A stretch of DNA of 64,000 bases. Origin: Candidatus Nanosyncoccus sp. (GTDB lineage Bacteria > Patescibacteriota > Saccharimonadia > Saccharimonadales > Saccharimonadaceae). The stretch lies in the NCBI GenBank assembly GCA_045536725.1, contig JAZSOC010000034.1, forward strand, positions 17,228 through 81,227. The letters run 5' to 3'. Shown here piece after piece: positions 9,504 through 20,625 of this stretch. A program made the translations under genes and the position numbers. Below the pieces are notes generated by a model. That model was not told the origin of the DNA. It did not search any database and worked only from the letters and a program-made list of their open reading frames with translations. Each line of letters starts with the position of its first letter. The first letter of the stretch is position 1.

Positions 9504-9950
9504 TTATGCCGGAATCTTCCACTTTAATGTCCATCTATTAATCGGACGCCAGCGATAAGCTCTTATTAAATTTTCTATTTGCTTATACTGATACTGCAAT
9601 CTTATCATTTCATAATAAGAGTTATCACTAAACTTTCCAGAATTTATAGAGTCATCCATTTGAATACAATACTTTGCAAAACTTTGATTTTTTAATTCCC
9701 GTAAATCCTTCATACCTAAAGTTTTTACATCATCAAAGTCTACGAACCAATTGTCTCTCGAAAGACGATTGACTAGTTCTCTGTCAGTAATCTCTACAAA
9801 ATCATCATCGTCAGATTCACTCACGTCGCGCTTGTCACATAACTCCGCAAGCTTATAGCGTATATTTCTAGCAAAAGGTGTGTATTCATTTGCTATATAC
9901 GATATATCTCGTTTTTGTAGATATACTTTGCCATTCCGTACAATCTTCAT
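9504..9950 (-). CDS. Hypothetical protein (AT-rich orphan between two tRNA genes)
   Basis: 148-aa ORF that is visibly more AT-rich than its neighbours. I recognised no motif. Confidence 0.45.
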   Translation of the reverse strand: MKIVRNGKVYLQKRDISYIANEYTPFARNIRYKLAELCDKRDVSESDDDDFVEITDRELVNRLSRDNWFVDFDDVKTLGMKDLRELKNQSFAKYCIQMDDSINSGKFSDNSYYEMIRLQYQYKQIENLIRAYRWRPINRWTLKWKIPA

Positions 9951-10086
9951 GTTACTCCCCTCCTCTAAAGAACATGCAAAACCATTTAGTTACACATCCT
10001 CATAATATATCACAAAAACTCCCTCGTTTCAAGCTAATAATGCTAATAAATCCGCCAGACGAACAATCTAAGCGAGCAGATTGCTG

Positions 10087-10132
10087 TTTTCTCTTGCCGC
10101 CGCGCTATTCTGATAGAGCAAGGCAAGAAAAA
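10087..10132 (-). repeat. Conserved hairpin downstream of tRNA-Ser(UGA) (member H1 of a hairpin family)
   Basis: Arms ttttctcttgcc and ggcaagaaaaa around the loop gccgcgctattctgatagagca. Related copies lie at 47370-47388, 47411-47497 and 61378-61415. Confidence 0.6.
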
Positions 10133-10160
10133 TACCGCATTCGCGGCTCTCGACTTGAAT

Positions 10161-10247
10161 TGGCGGAAGGGACAGGATTCGAACCTGCGGTGCTATTAAC
10201 ACACTTGTTTTCAAGACAAGCGCCTTAAACCACTCGGCCACCCTTCC
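10161..10247 (-). tRNA. tRNA-Ser (UGA anticodon)
   Basis: The reverse complement reads ggaagggtggccgagtggtttaaggcg, then an anticodon loop ctTGAaa, a long variable arm, T-arm caggttcgaatcctg, and an encoded CCA. The -10 box (10255-10263) ends 7 nt upstream of the 5' end. Confidence 0.9.
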
Positions 10248-10293
10248 ATCTATAATTATACCACATTACCACCGAATATGTTATAATAGACCC

Positions 10294-10686
10294 ATGAATA
10301 ATCGTAAAGGTTTCACTCTTTTAGAACTTATTATCGTAATTGCTTTCGCCAGCCTAGCTTTTGTGCTTTTCTGGACACAGAAGGCTAACGTAGACGCCAT
10401 GAATCGTGACGATGCTCGCAAGATTGCCATCAATGCCATGTATTACGCTCTTGAAGAAGGGTTCTATCCAGCCAATGGCTTTTACCCAGAATCCATCTCT
10501 GAAGATAATCTTAAAGTCATCGATCCAGCCCTCTTTACCGATCCAGACGGCATCCTTCTCGGTCATACTGGCTGCGATTACTATTATGAACCAGCCAACT
10601 GTGAAGATGGCAAATGCAAAGAATACACCCTTCGTGCAGATCTGGAAAAAGAAGATACTTACGTCAAGAAAAACCGCACTAACTAA
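10294..10686 (+). CDS. Type IV pilin-like protein (prepilin N-terminal methylation motif)
   Basis: The N-terminus MNNRKGFTLLELIIVIAFASLAFVLFW is a class III signal peptide (G/FTLLE). The promoter is leaderless: TGTTATAAT at 10279-10287, 6 nt, then ATG. Confidence 0.8.
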   Translation: MNNRKGFTLLELIIVIAFASLAFVLFWTQKANVDAMNRDDARKIAINAMYYALEEGFYPANGFYPESISEDNLKVIDPALFTDPDGILLGHTGCDYYYEPANCEDGKCKEYTLRADLEKEDTYVKKNRTN

Positions 10687-11279
10687 TCAAGATCAGAATT
10701 CTTCCCTTGCCCCATCCGATATTTCTCAATATGCACTAGGTGTGAAATTACTTCTAGTTCATCTGTCGGAATGTCCACATATTTAAAGGTATAAGTCGTC
10801 TCATCACCCACCGTAGACATCCTGATTGTTCCTAACCTAAATACGTACTCATACAACCCACTCTGCTTAAAGCTCACATCCTCAATCTTTGACAGCTCAA
10901 TCACGTTCGTAGACTTCGCCATTAAAGACATCACGCTATTCTGAATCACCCGGTGATTCGTCACGTATAGACTATTACCTCGGTATACATGAGTACCAAT
11001 TATCCCCGCCACTAACATCACGCCAATCATCACATAGCAGACGAAATACATAAAGTTTTTTGCAGTATGATCCAGTCCCACTGAAAAACCACCATGTGTC
11101 AAGAAAATCATCAACACAAACAAGAAGATGAAGCCCACTACTTCACCTGTCCACATTAATATTAGCCCCACCGGAGATCGTCTAATAGATAATTCTACAT
11201 ATTCATCAGACTCTAATTTCAGACCTGGAAAATCCTTCGTACTGCGTGCGTGTCGGAGTCTCACCAAATCTTTCTTCAT
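10683..11279 (-). CDS. Membrane protein with bacterial PH (YdbS/YdbT-like) domain
   Basis: 198 aa with two TM helices, then a beta-rich domain containing DVSFKQSGLYEYVFRLGTIRM. Confidence 0.45.
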   Translation of the reverse strand: MKKDLVRLRHARSTKDFPGLKLESDEYVELSIRRSPVGLILMWTGEVVGFIFLFVLMIFLTHGGFSVGLDHTAKNFMYFVCYVMIGVMLVAGIIGTHVYRGNSLYVTNHRVIQNSVMSLMAKSTNVIELSKIEDVSFKQSGLYEYVFRLGTIRMSTVGDETTYTFKYVDIPTDELEVISHLVHIEKYRMGQGKNSDLD

Positions 11280-11286
11280 AGTTTAA

Positions 11287-12297
11287 TTATACCACATTCC
11301 TTAAATGTTGTCTACCTTTCTCCGTCACTCTCCGGCCCCTTGGTGTTCGTTCTAATAATCCTAGCTGCAAAAGATATGGCTCATAATAATCCTCAATCGT
11401 TGAAGCCTCATCACCAGTCAATGCTGCAATTGTCGACAGCCCCACCGGCCGATCTCCATAGTTCTCTTCCATCAGCGTCAGCATATTTCTATCTGCTGGA
11501 TCCAGCCCTAACCCATCAATTTCCAATAGCTCGAGTGCTCTTTCCGCAGTCACCGTATCAATAATACCATCACCATTTACATCTGCATAATCCCGCACTC
11601 GCTTTGTCAAACGATTAGCAATCCTCGGAGTCAGACGTGACCGTGAGGCTAAAAGTGCTGTTGCCTCTGGCTTAATTTCCGTACCAAGTATCCCCGCCGT
11701 CCGAGTAATAATCTGCGAAATTTCCGGCTCTTTATAATATTCCAATCTATGCACCAAGCCAAACCTATCACGCAGTGGCCCCGCCAACGAACCAGTCCTC
11801 GTCGTCGCGCCAATCAAAGTAAAACGCGGCAAATCTAACCGCACCGATCTTGCAGCCGGCCCTTTACCGATTGTAATATCTATCGCCGCATCTTCCATTG
11901 CTGAATATAGAATTTCTTCCACCGTTCTTCTCAAACGATGAATCTCATCAATAAATAGCACATCTCCATCCTGCAAATTCGTCAAAATTGAAGCTAAATC
12001 CCCAGCTCGCTCAATCGCTGGCCCACTCGTCACTTTCAAGTTTGCTCCCATCTCATGCGCTATCACGTTTGCCATCGTCGTCTTCCCTAATCCCGGTGGC
12101 CCATATAAAAGCACATGGTCCAAACTTGACCCATCTGCCCGTTTCTTTACCGCATCAATTGCCAGCTTCAAATTATTCTTTAATCTTTCCTGACCAATAT
12201 ATTCCGCAAAAGTCATCGGCCTGAGAGACACTTCTACTGCCTGTTCATCAGTATCTTCCTCATGGATAGCAGTATCAATTATCCTCTCAATTCCCAT
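11287..12297 (-). CDS. ruvB: Holliday junction helicase RuvB
   Basis: 336 aa with Walker [10 protein letters not shown], Walker B LFIDEIHR, and full-length RuvB similarity. Confidence 0.96.
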   Translation of the reverse strand: MGIERIIDTAIHEEDTDEQAVEVSLRPMTFAEYIGQERLKNNLKLAIDAVKKRADGSSLDHVLLYGPPGLGKTTMANVIAHEMGANLKVTSGPAIERAGDLASILTNLQDGDVLFIDEIHRLRRTVEEILYSAMEDAAIDITIGKGPAARSVRLDLPRFTLIGATTRTGSLAGPLRDRFGLVHRLEYYKEPEISQIITRTAGILGTEIKPEATALLASRSRLTPRIANRLTKRVRDYADVNGDGIIDTVTAERALELLEIDGLGLDPADRNMLTLMEENYGDRPVGLSTIAALTGDEASTIEDYYEPYLLQLGLLERTPRGRRVTEKGRQHLRNVV

Positions 12298-12347
12298 ACC
12301 TTCATTATAGCATAAAAAGCACCCCCTTAGGGGCGCTTCACCTATAA

Positions 12348-13307
12348 CTATATTGTTGTCATAATTCTCTTAGTTTCTTCAAATGAATTCGGATATTTTC
12401 TTAAGTAGTTAACATGAATTGACGTTGGCCCACCATGTGCCTGAATTGTCGGCCCACACCGCCAATGCAAGATCTTCACGTTCGGCAACTCTTCCAGAAT
12501 TCTTCTTTCTACTTCCGCCGCAAACTCCGGATCGTTACCATGTGCTACCACTACTTCAGTAGCCGCCTCCACGATCGTCGCTTTCACAAATCTCGCCAAT
12601 CTCATCGCTGCTTTCTTATATCCGCGATTCATCTTTGAAATCACTTCCAGTGGCCGTTCATCGCCTACATATTCCACGGAACCCAGCGGTGTTATTTTTA
12701 TCAAATTCGCTAAATCCGCTACTCCGCCACGTACCTTGCCTGAATTTTTTATGTAAGTTAAATTTCTCCAAGTAAATACATGGCCAATCCTTCCCGCATT
12801 TTCATTGACATAATCCACCACTTCCTCAACCGTCGTAAAATTCTGCATAGTTAAGTTACGAATTAATAATGCTAAGCCCGTCGAAGCGCACTGCGTATCT
12901 ATACAAATTGCCAAATGCCCGTCATAATCATCCCGACATTCCGCTAAATCCCTATAAAGCATCGATACTCCTGAGTAAACACTGGTGATTGTAGAGTTCG
13001 TCGCCAAGAAGACTACATCATTATCTTTCAGTAGCTCCTTTGTTAATCTTTCTACACTCATCACACCATATTTCTCTTCATCCTCTGCTTCATAGATCAC
13101 TGGCATACTAGTACTAGCAATATAATGACCATGCATCACCATGCCGTCCACTTTATCCTTGAAGTTGTCTGCCGTCAGTCCGTGAAACTCAATTTCTCTC
13201 TCCCCTTTCTTTTTCAAAATTATTGAATTTTTCACGACGCTAATATTCGTCTGGTCCACCTCCTCCGGTAAATCAGAAACTTCATCTACAATAAATTTTA
13301 TGCCCAT
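12348..13307 (-). CDS. DegV family (fatty-acid binding) protein
   Basis: 319 aa with DegV-like layout, including [26 protein letters not shown] near the C-terminal half. Confidence 0.55.
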   Translation of the reverse strand: MGIKFIVDEVSDLPEEVDQTNISVVKNSIILKKKGEREIEFHGLTADNFKDKVDGMVMHGHYIASTSMPVIYEAEDEEKYGVMSVERLTKELLKDNDVVFLATNSTITSVYSGVSMLYRDLAECRDDYDGHLAICIDTQCASTGLALLIRNLTMQNFTTVEEVVDYVNENAGRIGHVFTWRNLTYIKNSGKVRGGVADLANLIKITPLGSVEYVGDERPLEVISKMNRGYKKAAMRLARFVKATIVEAATEVVVAHGNDPEFAAEVERRILEELPNVKILHWRCGPTIQAHGGPTSIHVNYLRKYPNSFEETKRIMTTI

Positions 13308-13425
13308 AATTCTACCTCTCTTTCAAACAGGCTTCCTCTTAATGTGCATAGCTATAGGTTCAATTAATTATACCACAAATATAATGAAAATCAATCCTAT
13401 GTTATAATAGGACAAAGGAGAAATT

Positions 13426-13968
13426 ATGGCAGACTTTAAATCAAGCAAAACTTATCAAAACTTACAAACAGCCTTTGCTGGTGAATCTCAAGCTCGGGTC
13501 AAATACCAATTCTTTGCCTCCCGCGCCAAAAAAGATGGCTACGAGCAAATTGCTGAAATCTTCAATGAAACTTCCGATAATGAAAAAGAACATGCTAAAA
13601 TTTGGTATAAACTTTTAAATGACGGCGAGGTCGCCGATACTAAGACTAACCTTCAGCTCGGTATTGAGGGTGAAGATTATGAATATATCACCATGTATAA
13701 AGAATTTGCTAAAACTGCCCGTGAAGAAGGCTTTGATGATATTGCTGAAAAATTTGAACAAGTCGGCGCCATCGAAAAGGAACATGAAGATCGCTATCGC
13801 AAACTCTTAGAAGATGTTGATGACGATATTGTCTTTAAGTCCGAAGAAGTCACCGTCTGGAAATGCCGCAACTGTGGCTACATCTTCACTGGCAAAGAAG
13901 CCCCCGAAGTTTGCCCAGTCTGCAACCACCCACAGAGCTTTTTCGAACGCCGCGCAATCAACTACTAA
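13426..13968 (+). CDS. rbr: Rubrerythrin
   Basis: N-terminal diiron ferritin-like ExxH motifs (EKEHAKIW, EKEHEDRY) and a C-terminal rubredoxin-like CRNCG...CPVC. Confidence 0.88.
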   Translation: MADFKSSKTYQNLQTAFAGESQARVKYQFFASRAKKDGYEQIAEIFNETSDNEKEHAKIWYKLLNDGEVADTKTNLQLGIEGEDYEYITMYKEFAKTAREEGFDDIAEKFEQVGAIEKEHEDRYRKLLEDVDDDIVFKSEEVTVWKCRNCGYIFTGKEAPEVCPVCNHPQSFFERRAINY

Positions 13969-14034
13969 CTAAAGCCTTGTGAAATATAATGAGATTTTAA
14001 AATCGCTGTATAAGGATTCCTTTATGTCTCTTAT

Positions 14035-16266
14035 TTATAGCGAACTTACTATTTCGTCAAATTCTTCCATAGACTGAATGTTGACTTCGCGTGGCTTATT
14101 TCCATTCGGTGGCCCAATCACCCCAATCTCTTCAAACCAAATCGCCAAACCTGCCACATAACCATGCCCCTTTCCTAGCCACGTCTGCAAAGAAGCCGTA
14201 GAAAACTTGCCATTCTTAATTGAAATCTCCACTGCCTTCCTTACTAACGGATCATTTGGATCATATTTTCTGCCAAGGTCCCCAATTGAACCCCCGTCTG
14301 CCGGGCCCAAACCCTTAATCTGTACTGGCTGCGACACCACATCATCATTATATTCTGGCGGCCGCTGCTCACGCAGGAAATTTGTTACCTTATCAACATC
14401 TTCATCTGACGCCCATGCGCCCTGAATCCGCCGTGGCTTACCCATCATCTCGGTTGTTAGCATTAGCATATCACCTTTACCAAGTAGCTTTTCTGCTCCA
14501 CCCATATCTAGCATAATTCTTGAGTCCACCTGCGACCCTACTGCAAAGGCAATTCTCCCTGGAATGTTCGCCTTAATCAGACCCGTAATCACCTTTACTT
14601 CTGGACGCTGAGTTGCTAGGACTAAGTGGATGCCCGCCGCACGTCCCTTCTGTGCGATACGTACGATTAACATCTCTAGGTCTTTCCCTGCCATCATCAT
14701 CAGATCTGCCATCTCGTCAATAATAATCACAATATATGGCATCTTACCACCATCTTGCTTCTGCTCATTACCGTCTTCATCTGGCACCGCCACCGCCTTC
14801 TTTGCCATCTTCTTGTTATAATCCACAATGTTGCGCACCTTTTCCTTCGCCATTTCCGTATAGCGACGCTCCATCTCATTCACCGCCCATTTCATCGCTG
14901 AAAGCGCCTTATCGGTAGAATTGATAATTGGCGTAAGAAGATGCGGAATATCATTATATTGCACCATTTCTACTTGCTTTGGATCCACGATAATCAACTT
15001 CATATCACTTGGCGCATTACGATATAACAGCGAAGAAATCAAAGTGTTTGTCATCACCGACTTACCAGAACCAGTAGTACCCGCAATCAAAAGGTGCGGC
15101 ATTTTTGCTAGATTCGCCACCACAGCTTTACCAGAAATATCCTTCCCCACGGCAAAAGTCAGCGGCTCCGCCGTCCCCTTCCATTCATCGCTTTCTAGTA
15201 CTCCACGTAAACGCACATCTGCTGAGCGTACATTTGGAATTTCCACACCCACTGAGCGCGTCCCTGGAATCGGCGCCTCAATACGAATCTTATCCACTGC
15301 AAGGTTTAGTGCTAGCTCCTTATCGCGCGAAACAATCTTTGAAAGATTCACCCCTTGAGGCGGCTTCATTGTATATTGCGTTACCCGCGGACCAATATTC
15401 GCACCTTCCATTTCCACATCCAGACCAAACTCTTTCAGCGTAGACTGAATCACGAAAGCATTTTGCTGAATATTCCCTGCATCCGCTGGCTGCTGCTTCT
15501 TCTCTAAGAGCTCAATTGATGGCATCTTCCAGTTCGGATCACTCACCGTCATCATTACTCTTTCCGGTTCTACCTTAACCGCCGCCGGAGCAGATTTCTT
15601 CATATCACGTACTTTCAGCCCCTTCATTGGCTTCTCTTCCACCGCCACACCAGAATTCACCTTGATATCCATATCCCCCTTCTTCTCACCAGCCTGTGCT
15701 TTTCGCGCTACCTTCGCATTCTTCGCATCTTCCTTCTTCGTGCCAGTCTTAAACATCGCTGCTATTGCCTTGAATACCGCCACTGGCGTCGTCTGCAAAA
15801 TAAATATCCCAGTAATAAATATCAGTACCACATATATCAACATCACTACGCTCTTATCTAGAATAGCCGTGCCTGCATTATTGAGCAACTCCCCCACTAC
15901 GCCACCCGTAGGATTAACTTCACCGATAGTCGGTACTCCAAATGCCCCAGCTAGCCACAATATCATTAAGAATGATGCAAACCACATCACCGTCGGCAAC
16001 TGATTTGTATCACTCCTGAAAATTGACACCGCTAAATATACTAAAAGAATTGGCACAGCATATGCCGCATAGCCCACTAATGTCACCATGCCCTTATGTA
16101 TATTATTAAGTACTGGGCCACCCGCCTGGAACCAGGTCAGAACAAAGATTACCGCCACTACTATCATCAGTACAGCCCACACTTGCCGCCAAAAGCCACC
16201 GGGCAGTTCGTGCTCTGGTGCAACTTCTTTCGAAGACCTCCTTGTACTCTTGCGTTTCTTTGCCAT
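14035..16266 (-). CDS. ftsK: DNA translocase FtsK/SpoIIIE
   Basis: 743 aa with an N-terminal TM domain, Walker A GTTGSGKS, Walker B IIIDEMADL, and a gamma winged-helix domain at the C-terminus. Confidence 0.95.
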   Translation of the reverse strand: MAKKRKSTRRSSKEVAPEHELPGGFWRQVWAVLMIVVAVIFVLTWFQAGGPVLNNIHKGMVTLVGYAAYAVPILLVYLAVSIFRSDTNQLPTVMWFASFLMILWLAGAFGVPTIGEVNPTGGVVGELLNNAGTAILDKSVVMLIYVVLIFITGIFILQTTPVAVFKAIAAMFKTGTKKEDAKNAKVARKAQAGEKKGDMDIKVNSGVAVEEKPMKGLKVRDMKKSAPAAVKVEPERVMMTVSDPNWKMPSIELLEKKQQPADAGNIQQNAFVIQSTLKEFGLDVEMEGANIGPRVTQYTMKPPQGVNLSKIVSRDKELALNLAVDKIRIEAPIPGTRSVGVEIPNVRSADVRLRGVLESDEWKGTAEPLTFAVGKDISGKAVVANLAKMPHLLIAGTTGSGKSVMTNTLISSLLYRNAPSDMKLIIVDPKQVEMVQYNDIPHLLTPIINSTDKALSAMKWAVNEMERRYTEMAKEKVRNIVDYNKKMAKKAVAVPDEDGNEQKQDGGKMPYIVIIIDEMADLMMMAGKDLEMLIVRIAQKGRAAGIHLVLATQRPEVKVITGLIKANIPGRIAFAVGSQVDSRIMLDMGGAEKLLGKGDMLMLTTEMMGKPRRIQGAWASDEDVDKVTNFLREQRPPEYNDDVVSQPVQIKGLGPADGGSIGDLGRKYDPNDPLVRKAVEISIKNGKFSTASLQTWLGKGHGYVAGLAIWFEEIGVIGPPNGNKPREVNIQSMEEFDEIVSSL

Positions 16267-16317
16267 AAACTATATATATTATATCACATCTCCTCCCCCT
16301 CATGATAAAATAGAATC

Positions 16318-18144
16318 ATGAAGAGGTTATTTATTAAAATCATTGCTATTATTACTCTAATTCTCGTCGCCTTGCCAGCTTATCCAGTCAGCGCCAGTGC
16401 CAATGATTTCTACTTTGAAGATGCCACTTTTGATTATTATCTTACTAGAACTTCTTCCGGCGGCAATATGAAGGTAGTAGAAAAACTCACCGCTGTCTTC
16501 CCAGATTTTGATCAGAACCACGGTATTGAACGTATGATTCCTTTCACCAATCAAAATGGCGCCAATCGCACCATTGACCATCTCAATATTGCCGTCACCA
16601 GAAACGGCACCACTGAGCCTTATGAAATCATCGAGCACAATGATTATTACACTGTCCGCATCGGCAACGCCGATGAATATATTCACGGCACACAAGAATA
16701 TATCCTAGAATACGATTTCAAAAATGTCATTACTAATTTTGATTCCTTCCAAGAATTATATTGGGACACTAACGGTACCGGCTGGTGGCAAAACTTTAAT
16801 TCGCTCACTGCCACCGTTCACCTCTCTGACGATTTAAAGGATAACCTCAAGCCTGATGCCTGGTGCTACGTCGGCTCTTATGGTGAATCTGGCCAAGACC
16901 GTTGCAATATTACGAAAACATCAGACGGCTTCACCTTTACCACCACAGAACTTAAACGCTCAGAGAATCTCACTTATGTTATCCAATTTAACCCTGATAC
17001 TTTCATCGTACCCATTAATTACAATTATACCTACCTCATCTTCAGCCTCCTCTTTATTATCTTAGCTATTACTGGTCTCACTCTTGGCTTTAAACTTTTT
17101 ACCTACGCCCATCGCAATCGCAAGGCTTATCGCAAACTCTTCACCCCAGCTGAATACGCCCCTTACCCAGAATTATCCGCCGCAGAACTTGCTGAAGTTT
17201 ACGTCAAAAAGACTAAATCCCCTCTCGTCGCCACCATTCTTGAACTCGCTGTCAACCATCACGTCACCCTCGTCCGCGGTAAGAAAAAAATACTCTCTTC
17301 TAAATATGACTGGTCCTTAAACGTAAATGATACCAACATTAACCGTACAGAAAATGCCGCCCTCTGCCTCATTGGCAACCGTTCCTCCATAAAAGCCGGG
17401 GATTCTATCTCCCTCCACTCTCACGTCTCCGAAAAGGCCACTGAACTCCGCAATGATTTCAAAAACGCCGTCAATACCAAATTAATCAATACTGAACACT
17501 ACGTCACCAAAGATTCCCCCGCCGGCAAAGCCCCACTTCGTTCCATTCTCCTCGCTGTCTTCTATGTCATCCTCCACAGTGCCATCTTCTTCGGCTGGGC
17601 TCTCTTCATGGAAGATGCTCGCGGCGTCTTTGTCTGTGAATATTTATTCCCTACCGCATCCACTCTTAGTCTCCTCACTATCCCAGTTCTTATACTTATT
17701 TCCTCTAGCTGTAATCAATATGCCCGGCTCACCGAAAAAGGCCTAAAGGCTTCTAAATATGCCGAAGGTCTAAGAGATTATATCAAGCTTGCTGAAAAAG
17801 ATCGTCTTGCTTTCATGCAATCCGTCAATGGTGCCGACACCTCTAAAGAGGGCTTAGTCAAAATTTACGAAAAACTCCTACCTTACGCTAGCCTCTTTGG
17901 CCTAGAAGATAGCTGGCTCAAACAACTAGAATATTATTATCAGGATCTCGGCGAATCCTACAACGCTATGTGGTACTCCGGTGGCATCATCACCGCCCGA
18001 GACCTCCACCAGGCCGTTTCTGCCGTTAGCTCTGCTTCTCACATTTATTCCCCATCTGATAGCTCCTCTTCTGGTGGTTCCGGCGGCGGTGGCGGCGGTT
18101 TCTCCGGCGGGGGCGGTGGCGGCGGCGGGGGCGGCGGCTGGTAA
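16318..18144 (+). CDS. DUF2207-type membrane protein with Gly-rich C-terminus
   Basis: 608 aa with a signal peptide, an extracellular N-domain, TM segments, and the terminal SGGSGGGGGGFSGGGGGGGGGGGW tail characteristic of DUF2207. Confidence 0.6.
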   Translation: MKRLFIKIIAIITLILVALPAYPVSASANDFYFEDATFDYYLTRTSSGGNMKVVEKLTAVFPDFDQNHGIERMIPFTNQNGANRTIDHLNIAVTRNGTTEPYEIIEHNDYYTVRIGNADEYIHGTQEYILEYDFKNVITNFDSFQELYWDTNGTGWWQNFNSLTATVHLSDDLKDNLKPDAWCYVGSYGESGQDRCNITKTSDGFTFTTTELKRSENLTYVIQFNPDTFIVPINYNYTYLIFSLLFIILAITGLTLGFKLFTYAHRNRKAYRKLFTPAEYAPYPELSAAELAEVYVKKTKSPLVATILELAVNHHVTLVRGKKKILSSKYDWSLNVNDTNINRTENAALCLIGNRSSIKAGDSISLHSHVSEKATELRNDFKNAVNTKLINTEHYVTKDSPAGKAPLRSILLAVFYVILHSAIFFGWALFMEDARGVFVCEYLFPTASTLSLLTIPVLILISSSCNQYARLTEKGLKASKYAEGLRDYIKLAEKDRLAFMQSVNGADTSKEGLVKIYEKLLPYASLFGLEDSWLKQLEYYYQDLGESYNAMWYSGGIITARDLHQAVSAVSSASHIYSPSDSSSSGGSGGGGGGFSGGGGGGGGGGGW

Positions 18145-18159
18145 GAAACCCATCAAAAA

Positions 18160-18181
18160 GACCCCATCACGGGGTCTTTTT
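18160..18181. terminator. Bidirectional terminator between the DUF2207 gene and pnp
   Basis: Stem gacccc, loop atcac, stem ggggtc, with an A-run upstream and a T-run downstream. Confidence 0.7.
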
Positions 18182-18198
18182 AGATACTAGGTTTATTC

Positions 18199-20379
18199 CT
18201 ATTTCTGAGCCACGCCCTTCATCGATAAGCTGAGCTTCCCCTTATCGTCAATTGCTACGAGCTTCACTTTAATCGTGTCGCCCTCATGTAGCACATCTGT
18301 CACTTTATCTAGACGCTTATCTGCAATCTGAGAGATATGCAGCATCCCATCAATCCCTGGCAAGATATTCACAAATGCACCAAAGTCCTTAATAGTCACT
18401 ACCTTACCAGTATAAATCTTCCCTACTTCTGGCTCTTCTACTAAACTCTTCACCCATTCCACGGCCTTATTAATTACTTCTGCATTTGGCCCAGAAATTG
18501 TCACAAGTCCAGAATCCTCAATATCTACCTGTGCGCCAGTTTCAGAAGTAATCGCATTAATGGTCTCACCACCCTTACCAATTACCGTACCAATTTTCTT
18601 TGGATCAATCTGTACTTTTTCAATCTGTGGCGCATAATCAGATAGCTTCTCGCGTGGGCCAGCAATTACTGAAAGCATATGCTCCAAGATAAACATTCTA
18701 CCATCATGAGATTGTTTAATTGCCTTCTCCAAAATTTCCACTGGTAACCCATGCACTTTCATATCCATCTGAAGAGCCGTAATCCCCTCCGTCGTCCCAG
18801 TCACCTTAAAGTCCATATCTCCAGCAAAATCTTCCGCATCCATCAAATCTGTCAGTGTATAAGCCTTATCAATGTCCTTCACCGTAATCTCTTGCCCCTT
18901 CGGCACATCCACCATCAGACCCATTGCCACGCCAGACACTGGTCGCTTCAGAGGCACACCAGCGTCCATTAACGCCATACAGGATGAGCAAGTTGCCGCC
19001 ATAGAGGTAGAACCATTCTGAGACATAATCTCTGTCACCGAACGAATCGCATATGGGAATTCTTCTTCAGATGGTAACATTGGGAGTAAGGCCCTCTCCG
19101 CTAGGTAACCATGCCCCACTTCACGACGCCCTGGGGAACCTAATCGTCCACACTCACCCACAGTGTAAGATGGCGCATTATAGTGATGCATATAGCGACG
19201 CGTGCCATCTGTCACTTCCATAGTATCTACTACCTGTGAAAATGATAATGGTGCTAATGTCACAATATTCATCGCCTGTGTCAAACCACGAGTAAATAGT
19301 GAGGAGCCATGCACTCTTGGTAAAATCCCCACTTGTGAAGATAACGGACGTACTTCTGTCAACTTCCGACCATCCGGACGCACACCGTCTTCCACAATTG
19401 AACGCCGCACTTCATGATGTACAGCCAACTCAAAGGCTGCTGAATACTCTTTCTTCAGACGCTCATCGTAATCAATCGTCTTTTCTTCATCAGTCTCACC
19501 CACGCCATACTTTGGTGCGAACTCTTCATGCATTTTCGCCTCAATCTCAGCAAGAATCTTCTGACGCTCAAGCACATTCCCGCGTACTTTATCACCAAAG
19601 CGACCTGCCGTCCAATCGTCCACTGCTTCTTGAATTGCTGGATCTGGCAGAATTAACTCATATTCTTTCTCTGCCACGTCCAGCTTAGAACGCAATTCTT
19701 TCTGTAATTTCAGCGCCGGCTGGACATTCTCCACGGCCCACTTCATTGCAGCAATAATATCAGCCTCTGGCACTTCATCCGCCCCAGCTTCCACCATTAC
19801 CACCTTATCATCCTTCACTGCTACCACCAGATCAAGATCGGAAGCTTCGCGCTCAGAAGGTGAAAGGAATGCCTTAAATTCACCATTTACCCGACCAATT
19901 CTCAGCCCCGCCACTGGCCCATCAAATGGAATCCCCGCATTGTATAGCGCTGAAGATGCCGCAATCATCCCAATTACGTCTGGCCGGAATGTTGGATCCA
20001 TTGATAATACTGTTGCCACCACTTGCACCTCTTGGCGATAACCTTTCGGGAATAATGGACGGATTGGCCGGTCAATCAAGCGCCCAATCAAAATCGCTTC
20101 ATCTGCTGGCTTCCCCTCACGCTTAATAAACTTTGAGCCATTAATCTTCCCTGCCGCATAGAACTTCTCTTCATAGTCAATCGATAGCGGGAAGAAATCT
20201 TGCTCTACTGGCTTATCGCTCACCACTACAGAACCTAGCACCACAGTATCTCCATACTGCACCACTACGCTGGATGTAGTTCTAAAGCCTACCCTATTTA
20301 CTTCTAGCGACAATTCCCTTCCACATAACTCCGTTGATACGCGCACCATCTTCTTGCCACTTGGATTAATAATATCCAT
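18199..20379 (-). CDS. pnp: Polyribonucleotide nucleotidyltransferase (PNPase)
   Basis: 726 aa with two RNase PH domains plus KH and S1 domains, similar along the full length. Confidence 0.96.
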   Translation of the reverse strand: MDIINPSGKKMVRVSTELCGRELSLEVNRVGFRTTSSVVVQYGDTVVLGSVVVSDKPVEQDFFPLSIDYEEKFYAAGKINGSKFIKREGKPADEAILIGRLIDRPIRPLFPKGYRQEVQVVATVLSMDPTFRPDVIGMIAASSALYNAGIPFDGPVAGLRIGRVNGEFKAFLSPSEREASDLDLVVAVKDDKVVMVEAGADEVPEADIIAAMKWAVENVQPALKLQKELRSKLDVAEKEYELILPDPAIQEAVDDWTAGRFGDKVRGNVLERQKILAEIEAKMHEEFAPKYGVGETDEEKTIDYDERLKKEYSAAFELAVHHEVRRSIVEDGVRPDGRKLTEVRPLSSQVGILPRVHGSSLFTRGLTQAMNIVTLAPLSFSQVVDTMEVTDGTRRYMHHYNAPSYTVGECGRLGSPGRREVGHGYLAERALLPMLPSEEEFPYAIRSVTEIMSQNGSTSMAATCSSCMALMDAGVPLKRPVSGVAMGLMVDVPKGQEITVKDIDKAYTLTDLMDAEDFAGDMDFKVTGTTEGITALQMDMKVHGLPVEILEKAIKQSHDGRMFILEHMLSVIAGPREKLSDYAPQIEKVQIDPKKIGTVIGKGGETINAITSETGAQVDIEDSGLVTISGPNAEVINKAVEWVKSLVEEPEVGKIYTGKVVTIKDFGAFVNILPGIDGMLHISQIADKRLDKVTDVLHEGDTIKVKLVAIDDKGKLSLSMKGVAQK

Positions 20380-20526
20380 AAAAATCCTACCTTTCCAAGG
20401 AAAACACCAGATATCTAGCCTGAAGCCACCCCAGTTACAGCCAGGACTTCAATCTATATATCTGCCGTTTTCCCTTGTTAATATTCTTCTCTTATTATAT
20501 CACATCTTTACTTTTCACGCACTCTG

Positions 20527-20559
20527 TGGTATAATAGATAAGTGAACTTATGTTCACTT
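20527..20559 (+). promoter_or_regulatory. Extended -10 promoter followed by a perfect palindromic operator-like site
   Basis: TGGTATAAT at 20527-20535, then aagtgaac-ttat-gttcactt at 20540-20559 (GAAC-N4-GTTC core). It lies about 65 nt upstream of ATG 20626. Confidence 0.5.
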
Positions 20560-20625
20560 GATCTTTCAAAATACAGAGAGCGTGTCACTAGTAGTTAGTA
20601 TCCATGGCAAAAAGGAGGGTCGTTC

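Noticed and set aside
18061-18141. GGC/GGT-rich tandem-looking stretch
   Set aside because: It lies in frame inside the DUF2207 gene and encodes the Gly-rich C-terminal tail typical of that family. It is not a CRISPR array or a non-coding repeat.
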